Assembly: GCA_963845755.1 (NCBI GenBank)
Contig: CAWJTV010000001.1
Span: 192,001-256,000 of the forward strand
Direction of reading: 5' to 3'
DNA: 64,000 bases
DNA from: an uncultured Planctomycetota bacterium
Lineage (GTDB): Bacteria > Planctomycetota > Planctomycetia > Isosphaerales > Isosphaeraceae
Shown: in pieces, positions 1 to 10,980 of the stretch
Layout of the letters: each line of letters opens with the position of its first letter
Position numbering within the stretch: the first letter of the stretch is position 1
Notes under the pieces: generated by a model
What the model was told of the DNA's origin: nothing
Databases searched by the model: none
Seen by the model: only the letters and a program-made list of their open reading frames with translations
Position numbers and translations under genes: made by a program

Positions 1-1979
1 GAGAGATTGGCAAGTGAATCGGGACACGGACGAGGGCCGCGTACTTCCGGCAATGCCTTCGAGGGCGACCGGCTTGAGAGTCGCGGAGGTTCTCCGCCAT
101 TCGAAGCCACATGCGAGCCTGCGAGGTCGGCGGGCTCCGCCTCCGTACTTTCGCCATCCGGCCGACGGTCGCGACTCTTCGGTCGAGAGGCCCATCCCAA
201 TCGACCCGTACAGAAGTGTTATCGACGAAGGTCCGCCGACACAGACACTTCCACCTGCTCGCCTTATTAAAACAGCAGATACGACGGGCCATTCTGGTAC
301 GAGAGCCATCATCCAGCGTCCCATGTGTATGCAATCATGTTGATCGAAAGTCCGGTCTGTTGATTTGGTGCAACATTCCCGAAATCAGTATAGAACATCA
401 GAGGTCGCTCTACGGAAACATCGTCGCGAATCACGACACGTCGTTCACGCCCGGCTGGTCCAGGAAATCACGGCCCGGCCGGCAATTTGGCCTCCATCGG
501 GTTGACCTCATCGCGGAAGGGCGACACGCCAGGGTGAGAACATGGATCTTCTCCGCCAGAGTCGGGGAATGCCATCGGGCACGTCAACAGGGGGAGCCCG
601 CGAATCGATGCGCGGGGAATCTGCATACGGGCGGGCAATCCCCCCGTTCATCAGACATTCATCGATCGCTTGGTTCAGGTTTCGCAGTTCTGAGGAAGCT
701 TAGGAGCTATCTCAAAAATAGGTCCCAGACTCATGAAGTCCTGGAAAACCAGCCCGACAGGGCATTTTTGAAACAGCTCCTTAGCGGGTAGCCAATGGGC
801 GCGGCCCAACCGAACCGCTGCGAACAGAGGCCCAGGAATTCTCCGTCCGGAGAGTTCCCTCGTCGTCAAACTGTTCCGGCGTTATCGGCTGTTTGTTCGA
901 GGAAAGCCACAGGCTGGACGCCGAGGCTCTTGGGTGTCAATCTCGTCAACCACGACTCGCTCCACTCATGGAAACGTTGTCGCTTCCTCGCAATCGTGCG
1001 GACTTCTTGGTGGAGTTGTGTTGAGCCGTGGATCTGAGAGCGACCTCGTCAATATAGATATAGATCGACTCGCGAGTTGTCAAGCGGAATTAAGCTTATT
1101 TCTCCTAATGAGCATGCTCATTTCTCTTTGGTCGATCTATTCGATCATTCATGGAAGTTTCCTTCCATGCACCATGGTCTGCAACGACCCGGGTGAGTCG
1201 TGGGTCCGGCCGGACTGCCAGATCGACGTGTGAGAGTCGGCGGCCGGCGTGGTCGTACCCGTGATACGGAACCGGCGTGTGCGCGGGCGCGTTGCATGAA
1301 GATAGTTTAGCAGCGCTCATCTCGTTTACGTTGATCAGGCATGGGCCCCTGACCTCGATACCGGTTCGAGCCGGCGAGCCCCGAGGAGTCCCGCCGGGCA
1401 CGGTCAGTCCCCGCGGGTCGGAGGGCTCCGCGGCACCTCTGGCTTGAGCGGGCCACCCGGCCGTTGGCGCACAACCCGGGCTCGAAAAGGGCGGCCCGGC
1501 AATCTTGCGATCTCACCGCGACGTTTTCATCATATCAGTGTATCGGAGAAAAACGATGCGACGAGAGGATAGGTTGCGGATGGTGGGAGGCGCGGTGGAG
1601 CTTCGCCGCGATTTGCTGTGAGAGATAGCGAATCGATCAGCGATCCCTTCTCTGATTCAGCTCATGTGCGGAATCGCGTGGGCAGCGCGACGAGGAGACC
1701 TTCGGTCTGGCATTCGAGCGAGGTCGGGAGACCCGCGCGGAGGTTGGTGCACTTCCGATTTCCCCGCGCCGGCCAATTCATCGATCTTGTCCGGAACCTG
1801 GGGCGCATCGGCATTTGCGTGTGGGACATGAGGCATGCCAGCCCAGCCCCGATCGGGGTGCAAGGCCGCGACAGTGTCGGGAGCCGTGCGCCGACGGCGG
1901 AGACGAGGCCGGGACCGTGGCCTCCGCCACGGTCCCCGGACCGACCCAGTCCTCTCGTCGAGGCGGCCTGCGGCGGAGA

Positions 1980-3353
1980 CTACGATTTCCAACCCCACAA
2001 GGAGGCACCGGGGGCGGTGAAGTAGAGCGACGGGCTATTCGTCACGAAGTCGGTCGGGATGTTGTTCGAGCCGGTCTTGAGGTTGGTGTCCATCACCGTC
2101 CCGGACGACGTCCCGTTGCTCTGCCACACCTGGAAACCGCTCTTCGCCGTGTAGGCGGTGAAGTACAGCATCCCATTCATGGCGATCAGGTTGGTCACGT
2201 CGGCGGTCAACGTGCCGTTGATGTCGGTCACCATCGCTGTCCCACTGGCCGTCCCGTTGCTCGACCACAACTGCTCGCCGTCCACACCGTTATTGGCCGC
2301 GAAGAACACCGTGTTGCCCACGGCCGTCAGATCCTCGGGACTCAGGCCCCCACGGCTAGCGTTGCCGCTGCTCAACATCACCGTGCCCGCCCCGGTCCCA
2401 TTGCTCTTCCAGACCTGCGTGCCGTGGACCCCATCATTGGCCGCGAAGAACAGCGTGCTCCCCACCGCCGTCAGGTCGGTGGGATTCAGGCCCAATCCGG
2501 CCGCGCCGCTGCTGGTGAGCCGGTTTGTCCCGCCGGACGTCCCGTTGCTCGACCACAACTGGAACCCGTGAGTCGGGTCGAAACCGCTGAAATACAGGGT
2601 CCCCCCCACCGCGGTCAGGTATTGCGGGATTGTGCCGCCCCCCTTGGCGTTGCCGCTGCTGACCATCGTCGTCCCGCTGGACGTCCCGTTGGTCTTCCAC
2701 AACTGCGAGCCGGCAGTCGCATTGTCGGCCTGGAAGTAGAGGACGCCGCCGGCGACGGTCAGCTCGCTGGGATAGGAGCCGGGCTCATTGTTGGCCCCGG
2801 GGATGTCGGCCACCATCGTGGTGCCCGCAGCAGTCCCGTTGCTCTTGAAAAGCTGGGTGCCGTCGTTGAGGTCCAGGCCGGTGAAGTAGAGGGTGCCGTT
2901 GCCGTTGGTCAACTGGGACGGATAGAGGCCGAAGTTGGGGACGCCGTCGTTACTGTCGGTGACGTAGGTGGTGCCGCCGACGGTGCCGTTGCTCTTCCAG
3001 ATCTGGTCGCCGTGGGTGAGGTCGTCGGCGGCGAAGTAGAGGGTCTTGCCGACGGCGGTGAGGTCCTTGGGGTTGATGCCGCCGTTCTTGTCGTTGGAGT
3101 TGGTGAGCTGTATCGTGCCGCTGCTGGTGCCGTTCGTCTCCCAGAGTTGGGTGCCGTGGGTGGCGTCGTGGCCGACGAAGAAGAGCTCGCCGTTGATCGC
3201 CACCGGCGCCGACATGACCGTGGGGGCGAAATTGATGGGGGTCGCGGTCAGGAGCTGGCGGCCCTCGAGATTCTCGACATTGAGACCGAACTTAATTCTC
3301 CGCCTGGACGTGGCCTTCGCGGAGGGACAACGCTTCGTCGGGAGAGAAAACAT
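1980..3353 (-). CDS. ELWxxDGT-like repeat (predicted beta-propeller) extracellular protein with planctomycete N-terminal motif
   Basis: 457-aa ORF. About 8 repeats of ~48 aa of form LYFxAxDxxxGxQLWK(S/T)NGT. N-terminus RRRIKFGLNVENLEGRQLLT resembles the planctomycete extracellular motif. Confidence 0.85.
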   Translation of the reverse strand: MFSLPTKRCPSAKATSRRRIKFGLNVENLEGRQLLTATPINFAPTVMSAPVAINGELFFVGHDATHGTQLWETNGTSSGTIQLTNSNDKNGGINPKDLTAVGKTLYFAADDLTHGDQIWKSNGTVGGTTYVTDSNDGVPNFGLYPSQLTNGNGTLYFTGLDLNDGTQLFKSNGTAAGTTMVADIPGANNEPGSYPSELTVAGGVLYFQADNATAGSQLWKTNGTSSGTTMVSSGNAKGGGTIPQYLTAVGGTLYFSGFDPTHGFQLWSSNGTSGGTNRLTSSGAAGLGLNPTDLTAVGSTLFFAANDGVHGTQVWKSNGTGAGTVMLSSGNASRGGLSPEDLTAVGNTVFFAANNGVDGEQLWSSNGTASGTAMVTDINGTLTADVTNLIAMNGMLYFTAYTAKSGFQVWQSNGTSSGTVMDTNLKTGSNNIPTDFVTNSPSLYFTAPGASLWGWKS

Positions 3354-4570
3354 GGGCTGTCTCCGTCAGGTCGGGGGGGAGGCCAAGTCAACGTGGCTTT
3401 GTCGGGGCGTTCCGCGCCGAGTGCGCGGGGAATCTTCGCCCCAGGTGTCTCCCCCGGATCATCAAAACATCCATCATTCCTGTGGCAGAGTAGGCCAATA
3501 TGGCACGGCCCGATCGGGACGCCCCCGCACCCTCGGCGCAGGAACGCTTTGTCCCGGGGCACTCCCCGGCCCTTCAATCATTCACCGATCGTGCTAGAGG
3601 GAAGGTGACCCGCCGCACATGCAGAGTCACGGCTGAGAGCCAACTGAACGCGCACGCCTCTCCATCTCGGAGAGTCTACGCTCGTCGAGGTTCCCTCATT
3701 CACTGCTTTGTTGATTGGATGCCGCTGACGCGATGCCAGGGCTGTTGATTAGGGGTTGCTCTGGGTGACCCGCCGTGCCTGCCGCCTGCGATTCTTGCGG
3801 ATTCCTTCTGAGTCCTCGAATCGTTGCGGCCCTCTCCCGAGGGATTCGTCGCAGGGTGGGTCTTTGAGAAAAGGGTGCTGTATCGTAGGCAGGCTCATTG
3901 GGGTTGTCAAGAGCTAATGCGCTCATTTTTCAGCATGCTCATTTCCATGTTTCCTCAATCGAATTGATCGCTCACCAATGGCATCCGCCTTACATGCATG
4001 TCTTCGAGTGATCCGGCGTGGCGGGTGCCATCGACGTCCCGCATCTCGGTGCCGCGTGCCTTGATAGGGGGCCGACCGAGGCCGATCTAGGCATTGAAGC
4101 GAACGGCGTGATGATGCGGGGTCTTCATCGCCATGGTGAGGAGTCGTCGCGACCTGGCGCGTTAAGTTGGGCCAACTGTAGTCGTGATGGCATCTATAGG
4201 CAGTCTACTTGTCCTACTAGTTATGCCGGGATCGCGGTGCGTCAGACGTTCTCTTATACCACAGTCGTGGAGCCCACAAGACATCTCGATCGTCCTGGCA
4301 ACTTTCTTATCGATCACACAATGTCGAGAGGATGAAAGCGTGCTGCCTTGCGAATATGGGGGCCGCGGGACTCTGATCGTCCGCCATTCGAGCATCTAAC
4401 GCCGATGTGGCCGACGGTCGGGGAAGAGGACGCCTTCCACCATTCCCAACGTCCGGCCAGCCCGAGGTCATTTTGTCGAAGCCGGCTCCATCCGGCGATC
4501 GTCATTTCACTGATAAGCGCTCTAGAGCGCATAACAGATGGGTTGCGCACACCCTTTCAGCCGAGGTTCT

Positions 4571-4760
4571 GCGGCCTGAAGGGCTGCGGGAACCCAGCCC
4601 AGGGTGAAACCCTGGGATTCGTGCACTTCGCGCCTTCCTCGTGCACCCTGAAGGGGTGCCGGACGTCTCCTGCGGCCCTTCAGGCCGCCGGAGCTGGGGG
4701 CTGGCTTGCCGCGGACCCCGGGTTTCACCCGGGGCCTGGCTCCTGCGGCCCTTGGACCGC
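4571..4760. repeat. Composite REP-like palindromic element
   Basis: Hairpins CCCAGGGTGAAACCCTGGG and CCCCGGGTTTCACCCGGGG lie in inverted orientation. GCGGCCTGAAGGGC and GCCCTTCAGGCCGC form a second inverted pair. Confidence 0.65.
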
Positions 4761-4829
4761 TGACGAAACAACTTCCCGAAAACCCGCTGGTAAGTACGAG
4801 TCTGTCCTGGAAGCCTCAATGGCCGTCTC

Positions 4830-4895
4830 GTAGGGTGCTCTGTGAGCACCGAATTCGGCAAAGTACACCGGATCGGTGCTCACAGAGCACCCTAC
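4830..4895. repeat. GTAG-type REP doublet (REPIN-like)
   Basis: Perfect 23-bp inverted repeat GTAGGGTGCTCTGTGAGCACCGA / TCGGTGCTCACAGAGCACCCTAC with a 20-bp spacer. Each arm is GTAG plus the internal palindrome GGTGCTC-TGT-GAGCACC. Confidence 0.8.
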
Positions 4896-5312
4896 AAAGA
4901 CCTTCCGAGATAGTCACTAAGTACCTCCGGAATCCGGGAAGTTATTTCGTCGGCATTCCTAGGGCCGCCGCCGGACGTCGCCCCCCCCGGGCTGCGGCGA
5001 GTTCGATCGCTCGCGCGGGCGCATGCGCAATGCAATCGTTACGCGCTCTAAATCAATCCACGCAAAGGGAAAAGCGGGGATCGGCGGACGGAGCTACAAA
5101 ATGCTCGGCGGATTCGTGTCGTTGTAAAAGCCGGCTTCGTCCGGCGACTCTTCGATGGGCTTTCCTCATGGCGTGGACCTCTTAGCCGCCACCGGCGTCC
5201 TCATCCCTGGCGGACGTGTCGATGAGTCAAATCCCCCCGCCCCGCGAGGGGCAGGGGGGCGTGCGGATCGAACGAAGAGCCGGGAAAACCCGTCGCATCC
5301 CGTTTGCTTGCC

Positions 5313-7234
5313 TCAGGGCGTGATACTCACCGCTTTCGGAGAGATAGTGAACACGGTATTTCCTCCCAGCAGCGCGCCGAAAGCGCTACTGACCCCGCCC
5401 GCAGTAATCGTGACCCGGCCTCCCTTTGCAAATGTCTTCTGGGTGGCGTTCGTCGCCAGTGTGACGATCGTATTCGTCGGGTCGTTGGTCGCCGACACGA
5501 CGGCGATTGGATGCAATATCGTCTGAGGGGGCTTCTTCCTGACCTTCTTCGTGGACGTCCAATCCACCTGATAGTTGTTCACGTTGTCGGCAGTCCCCGA
5601 ATTCATCGCCGTACTATACTGGAATACGATCTCGACAACCGGTTTGCCGATCGGCTTGCCCTTCTTGTTGTGCCTAAGATGGACCATCTCGATCCGCTCC
5701 GAGATGATCGTTGGCGTCGGCGGCGGCGTGGGTGTTGGCGTCGGTGTCGGTGTCGGTGTGGGTGTTGGCGTCGGTGTCGGTGTGGGTGTTGGCGTCGGCG
5801 TCGGTGTGGGTGTTGGCGTCGGCGTCGGTGTCGGTGTGGGTGTCGGTGTCGGTGTGGCCTGCCATTGCCACATTCCCGTCGTGTCCGTGGCGGAGTAGTC
5901 GGTGAACGAGAGCGAAGAACCCACGGGTACAAAGTTCGCGAAGTTGTTGATCTGGCCGGTATTGAACTCGCTCGCGTTCGTGTCCATCACAGTCCCGGCA
6001 GCGGTCCCGTTGCTCTGCCATAGCTGGAACCCGCTGGCGCCCGTGTAGGCGGTGAAGTACAGCGTCCCATTCGCGTTGACCAGGTTGCCCACGTCGGCGG
6101 TCAACGCACCGTTGATGTCGGCCACCATCGCCGTCCCGGCGGCGGTCCCGTTGCTCGACCACAACTGGTCGCCGTGCACACCGTCATTCCCCTCGAAGAA
6201 CAGCGTGCTGCCCACGACTGTCAGGTTGGTGGGGTTCAGCCCACCACCACCCGCGTTCGCGCTGGTCAGCATCGTCGCGGCGCCGGAGTGGTCCCCGTGA
6301 ACGACCACAACTGCTCCCCATGCGTCCCGTCGTTGGCGATGAAAGAAAGCGTGCTGCCGATGGCCGTCAGGTCTTGCGGGTTCAGGCCCACTCCGGTTTG
6401 GCCGCCGCTGGTCAGCCGTATGGTCCCACCGGCCGTCCCATCGCTCGACCACAACTGGAAGTTGTTGGTTGCGTCGAAGCCGTTGAAATAGAGCGTATTC
6501 CCCACCGCCGTCAGGAACTGCGGGGCCGTGCCGCCGCTGGCTGCATTGCCACTGGTGAGCATCGTCGTCCCGCCGGCAGTCCCGTTGGTCACCCACAATT
6601 GCCCGCCGGAACCGGCACTACTCGCCTCGAAGAAAAGCAGGCCGTTGGCGACGGTGAGGTCGTTGGGACTCGCCCCGGTGGAGCCGTTGATGTCGGCGAC
6701 TATCGAGGTGCCGGCGGCGGTGCCGTCGCTCTTCCAGACCTGGGCCCCGTGGGCGCTATCGGTGGCGACGAAGAAGAGGGTGTTTCCCTCGACGGTGAGG
6801 TCGCCGGGATTCGCCCCGGCGGTGCCGTTGATGTCGGCGACCATCGAGGTGCCGGCGGCGGTGCCGTCGCTCTTCCAGACCTGGGCCCCGTGGGCGCTAT
6901 CGGTGGCGACGAAGAAGAGGGTGTTTCCGTCGACGGTGAGGTCGCCGGGACTCGCCCCGGCGGTGCCGTTGATGTCAGCGACCATCGTGGTGCCGGCGGT
7001 GGTGCCATTGCTCTTCCAGAGCTGGGTGCCGTCGGCGCTATCGGTGGCCGCGAAGTACATGACGCCGTTCATCGTAACCGGCTGAGACGGCTTAGGTAAC
7101 GTGGCGTTGAAGGGGATGGATACCAGAGAAGATAAGAGCATCCGGCCCTCGATATCCTCGACCAACGGCCGGACACGATGCTTCCTCCGGGATGCGGACT
7201 TCGAAGAAAGACGACGTTTCCGCCGCGAGGACAT
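5313..7234 (-). CDS. Second ELWxxDGT-like repeat protein with Pro-Thr linker and C-terminal beta domain; one frameshift near 6290
   Basis: ORFs 6266..7432 and 5313..6596 join at LWSFTGT|SGAATMLTS (one base missing). Likely start MSSRRKRR...VRPLVEDIEGRMLLS at 7234. QVWKSDGT repeats and a (TP)n linker are present. Confidence 0.8.
5711..5856 (-). repeat. Hexamer tandem repeat encoding a (Thr-Pro)n linker
   Basis: About 24 ACN-CCN units translate to TPTPTP...PPTPT. Confidence 0.9.
6683..6985 (-). repeat. Near-identical 141-bp intragenic tandem duplication (one 47-aa repeat unit)
   Basis: GCCGTTGATGTC(G/A)GCGAC recurs at 6683, 6824 and 6965. The first two units differ at only a few positions. 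Confidence 0.85.
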
Positions 7235-8169
7235 GGAGTGCGGTTCCGGCCCGGCCGGAATGGCGGGGGACTCGAGTTCGGCATGATGGCCATCAGCCGA
7301 CAGCGGCGAGGATTCGGTGCCAGCGAACCCATGGCGCGACTCCGAGACCGGCCGACGACGGCTCCGGTTTCTCGCCTCCATGCCCGACCGCAAGTCTGCC
7401 AGGTTGCTGGGAACGTGTTGAGGATGCTCCATGTCTGCTCTCTCTGTTCCGAAAGGTCAAAAAACCTCGCCGCCCTGATCGAATCATGACGACTCGGGAG
7501 TTCCGATTCCGACAGTAGTGACCACATGCCCCCCCTGGCCTTTTCCCAGAACGGGCAAAACGTCTTGCTACGAATCCGTTGTCGAGGGCATGGGGGGAAA
7601 GTGGTAGCGAACGATAGCCTCTGATTGGTAGAGACTAGCACATCAGGTTCACCCCTGTCATGGATCAATCTCCCGAACCCCGACGATACTGATGCTTTTT
7701 GTCAACATGGGTCATCCTCAGCAACCCTCACAGAAAAGATGGATTGAGCAGTTATAGCGATTTATCTGTATAGACCGTCTCCAAACGTGAGTGGACTTCA
7801 TCGAAACCGCCAATTCCTACCATCGCTCCGCGCAAACATGGTACCCTCAATGAGGGTTGCTCTTGGACTTGGAGAACGTCCCGGTGAGACCATTTCCAAG
7901 TCAAAATAGAATGAGCCTAAAGGGTTGCTGAGAAAGGAGTAATACTCCGCTCCATCTCTTGAATTCGTCATACTGAGTCGAGGCTTTCACAACTTAGCAA
8001 CCGTTCACGCCTCGTTACAACCCTCTCAAGGGGTGACATTCCTGTATATCTCACTACCCTCTAATCCCGCAGAACCTTTCTCGATGCCTCGATGATCGGC
8101 TCTCGAAGGCCCATTATAAGAGGATGGTTGATTGCAATCAATAGAGTAGTACAAGAATTCGTGACCGAA

Positions 8170-8350
8170 GGGACTGCCCTGTCATCCCCCTCGAGCGGGT
8201 CGTTCAGGGAGTCCCGCCCCGAGACCTCGAACCTGAGGTAGTCGTCTTTGTCAAAGTGATCCTGACAACACCCGAAGACATTCCCACGCATGTCGTGGAG
8301 CCCCAATAGGTTGGGCCGTTTCACGCCGACGGGATCCGTGACGACTGGCC
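8170..8350 (-). pseudogene. Fragment of a formylglycine-generating-enzyme (SUMF1/FGE) domain gene
   Basis: TDPVGVKRPNLLGLHDMRGNVFGCCQD resembles the FGE motif PVGxxxPNxxGLxDMxGNVxEW. The EW is lost and the rest of the domain is absent. Confidence 0.65.
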
Positions 8351-8466
8351 TCTTGACCGGCCGCGGGTGCCACCTTAGCATCGAACCGCCTCGAATCGAT
8401 GGCCGTCGGGCGGGCCTCTGTGGCTACCGAACCTTCGGGTGAGTCGTGCCTCGGGAGACGCGAGGG

Positions 8467-8832
8467 ATGCCAGAGCTGATCCCACAACCGAGTCGAGTTG
8501 AGGCCGCGGGCAACAAGCCCAAGCGGATCGACGAGTTTTTCGGCCGGGTGAACTCGGGGCATACGGAGCTGAGCATCGCGCGGATGCGAAGTCCCGGCGG
8601 CTGGGTCGAGCCGGGTCAGACTCCCGATTTCGACGAGTACACCGTGGTGCTCGCGGGCCTGCTCCGGGTCGAACATTGTGGTGGGCTGATCGACGTCCGG
8701 GCCGGGCAAGCGGTCGTCGTCCGCCGTGGGGAATGGGTGCGCTACAGCACGCCCGAGCCGGACGGCGCCGAGTACATCGCCGTCTGTCTCCCCGCGTTCT
8801 CCTTAGATGGAGCACGACGCGATTCCGACTAG
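8467..8832 (+). CDS. Cupin domain protein
   Basis: MPELIPQPSRVEAAGNKPKRIDEFFGRVNSG...WVEPGQTPDFDEYTVVL...GEWVRYSTP...YIAVCLPAFS, typical of small cupins. Confidence 0.8.
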   Translation: MPELIPQPSRVEAAGNKPKRIDEFFGRVNSGHTELSIARMRSPGGWVEPGQTPDFDEYTVVLAGLLRVEHCGGLIDVRAGQAVVVRRGEWVRYSTPEPDGAEYIAVCLPAFSLDGARRDSD

Positions 8833-8865
8833 CGGGCCCGGCAATAAGCGCTCTGAGAGCGCGGG

Positions 8866-9777
8866 ATGGCGATCGTGGAACAAGACGACTCTATGAAGGG
8901 GAAGGTCTGTCTGGTGACCGGTGCCACATCGGGCATCGGCGAGATCACGGCGCGCGAGCTGGCCCGGCGCGGGGCCGAGGTTCTCATCGTCGGACGATCC
9001 TCCGAGCGTTGTGCCGCGACGCGCGAGCGGATCCGCACCGAGACCGGTACGGCGGCCGTCGATTCGCTGATCGCCGACCTATCGATCCAGGCCGACGTCC
9101 GGCGGCTGGCCGGCCAGGTCCGGGAGCGTTGCCCACGATTGGATGTGCTGGTTAATAATGCCGGCGGCATGTACTTGACACGCCGCGAGAGCATCGATGA
9201 TATCGAAATGACTTTCGCACTCAATCATCTTTCCTATTTTCTTCTGACAAACTTGTTGCTCCCACTGATCAAGCAAAGTGCGCCTGCTCGAATCGTCAAT
9301 GTGGCCTCCGACGCACATCAGGGGGGCCTGATCGACTTCGACGATCTTCAGCGACGGAAAAGCTACAGCGGCTGGGGGGCCTACAAGCAATCCAAACTGG
9401 CGAACATCCTGTTCACCTACGAGCTGTCGCGACAACTCGAGGGCTCCGGCGTAACCGCGAACACGCTCCACCCCGGCTTCGTGCGGACGAACTTCTTCCA
9501 GGATTGGGGGGGATGGGTCGGATTCATCACCAAGGTCGGGGCCTCGATGATCGCCCTCACACCCGAGCAAGGGGCACGGACCTCGATCTACCTGGCATCG
9601 TCGCCCGAAGTTAGGGACGTCACGGGGCAATACTTCGTCAAGGAAAAACCGGCGCGGTCGTCGAAGCGATCGCACGACCGGACCGTGGCGCAGCGGCTCT
9701 GGCAGATCAGCGAGGAGCTGACCGGGATTTCGGCGGACGGACGGGCCGAGTCCGGCGCGGCCGGCCCTTCAATCTGA
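8866..9777 (+). CDS. SDR family oxidoreductase (retinol dehydrogenase/WWOX-like)
   Basis: TGATSGIG, NNAG and YKQSK (YxxxK) motifs. Confidence 0.92.
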   Translation: MAIVEQDDSMKGKVCLVTGATSGIGEITARELARRGAEVLIVGRSSERCAATRERIRTETGTAAVDSLIADLSIQADVRRLAGQVRERCPRLDVLVNNAGGMYLTRRESIDDIEMTFALNHLSYFLLTNLLLPLIKQSAPARIVNVASDAHQGGLIDFDDLQRRKSYSGWGAYKQSKLANILFTYELSRQLEGSGVTANTLHPGFVRTNFFQDWGGWVGFITKVGASMIALTPEQGARTSIYLASSPEVRDVTGQYFVKEKPARSSKRSHDRTVAQRLWQISEELTGISADGRAESGAAGPSI

Positions 9778-9780
9778 GCG

Positions 9781-10284
9781 TCACACCGATTGGCCATGCA
9801 ACCGTTTGAGGAGCTGGATCTGCCCCGCGTGGTAGACGTCGTGCAGGGCGATGCCGTAGAGCAGGCTGGCGAACGGGACCTTGCCGCCCAGAGGGACGTC
9901 GTGGAGTCGCTCGACCGGGAACGCGGCGATCTCGGCCCGAAGTAGCCGATGTTCCGTCTCGAGCAGCGCCAGGAACTCTTGCCAGCGCGACTGGCCCAGT
10001 GGCGAGTGGATGGCGAACCAGTTGCTCCCTTTAAGGGCGAAGGATCCACGTTTGTCGCCGCGGAGCCGCCGTCGAATCGCGTATTTCCAGTAAGCACAAT
10101 GGACGACGTGCTCGGCGATCGAGTGCCGGCTCGGATGTGGCCGCCATTGTGCTTCCTCGGCTGAAAGCCGACGGATCGCCCCCTTGAGGTTGGGACCGTG
10201 CCAGGCTTTCCTGTCGTAGCTCTCGTCGAGGATCCCCACCAAGAGTGCGACCGTGCCCGACCTCGGAGTTTCCTGCGCTTTCAT
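9781..10284 (-). CDS. DinB family protein
   Basis: AWHGP...HSIAEHVVH...HDVYHAGQI histidine pattern. Start taken at MKAQETP; 10302 is an alternative. Confidence 0.85.
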   Translation of the reverse strand: MKAQETPRSGTVALLVGILDESYDRKAWHGPNLKGAIRRLSAEEAQWRPHPSRHSIAEHVVHCAYWKYAIRRRLRGDKRGSFALKGSNWFAIHSPLGQSRWQEFLALLETEHRLLRAEIAAFPVERLHDVPLGGKVPFASLLYGIALHDVYHAGQIQLLKRLHGQSV

Positions 10285-10808
10285 CTTCGGCGTTCCCTTC
10301 ATTAACTTGCCGCTTGGAACCGTATGCTGGAGACGGCCGTCCCCGCGCTGCCCCTCGTCCGCTGCATTTTCGGCTCGGAGGGATTGCAAGGAGAATACGA
10401 GAACGAATTGTTCCTCAAGAATGAGGAGGAACGCTTGCATTGACGGATCGGATGAGATTCTCCGCATCGAAGTTGATTCGAGAAACTCTCCCGCACAATC
10501 CGGGCGTTCGTTGTAAACCTTTCCGCCATACCCGGCCGATAAACCTTCCATGATGACGACGCGGCGGGCTCCCCCTTGATCCCCTCGGTTCGAAGGAGGC
10601 TGCCGGAGAAGTCAAGGCCCGTCCTCGGCCCTGCGATCGCGATCAATTCGACGATCGCAATCAAGAGCGGCCATTTTTCCCCAAGGGGGCGCTCTTTCGA
10701 TCGGCCGCGGACTTGCTGAGTCCCCTGTCTTATCGCTCGCTTGCTGGCTCCTGGACACCGCACGACGGGCGTAATCGCCGGCGAAGAGCGGCGCAAGAGA
10801 GTGAAGGG

Positions 10809-10877
10809 GGGGATGCTGTTTCCTGCATTGTCGCTCAACTGAGAATCCTCGCGCCAACCGCGCATTTCGGATCATCC
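10809..10877 (+). promoter_or_regulatory. Conserved upstream element of TolC gene 1
   Basis: Blocks GGGGATG, TCCTGCATTGTC, GAGAATCCT, GCATTT and GATCATCC recur without gaps at 15183-15251, upstream of TolC gene 2. Confidence 0.6.
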
Positions 10878-10980
10878 AGTTCACCCTGATTAGCCGATCA
10901 ATCGCTAGGATCCGGCTCTGCGGGAGCGGTCGATACCGTGATCGCGCCACGGAACCCGTACAGGAAGGGGAGTGTGTAGG

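Larger units (their letters stand above)
4523..5050. mobile_element. Putative non-autonomous MITE-like element enclosing nested REP-like palindromes
   Basis: Terminal inverted repeats TAGAGCGCATAAC (4523-4535) and GTTACGCGCTCTA (5038-5050), 12/13 match. No credible coding capacity. Confidence 0.45.

Noticed and set aside
1..1900. ORFs in the first 1.9 kb (e.g. 111..791)
   Set aside because: No recognisable domain or convincing coding pattern on either strand.
5711..6985. Tandem repeats as a possible CRISPR array
   Set aside because: They are in-frame coding repeats with no unique spacers, and no cas genes are present.
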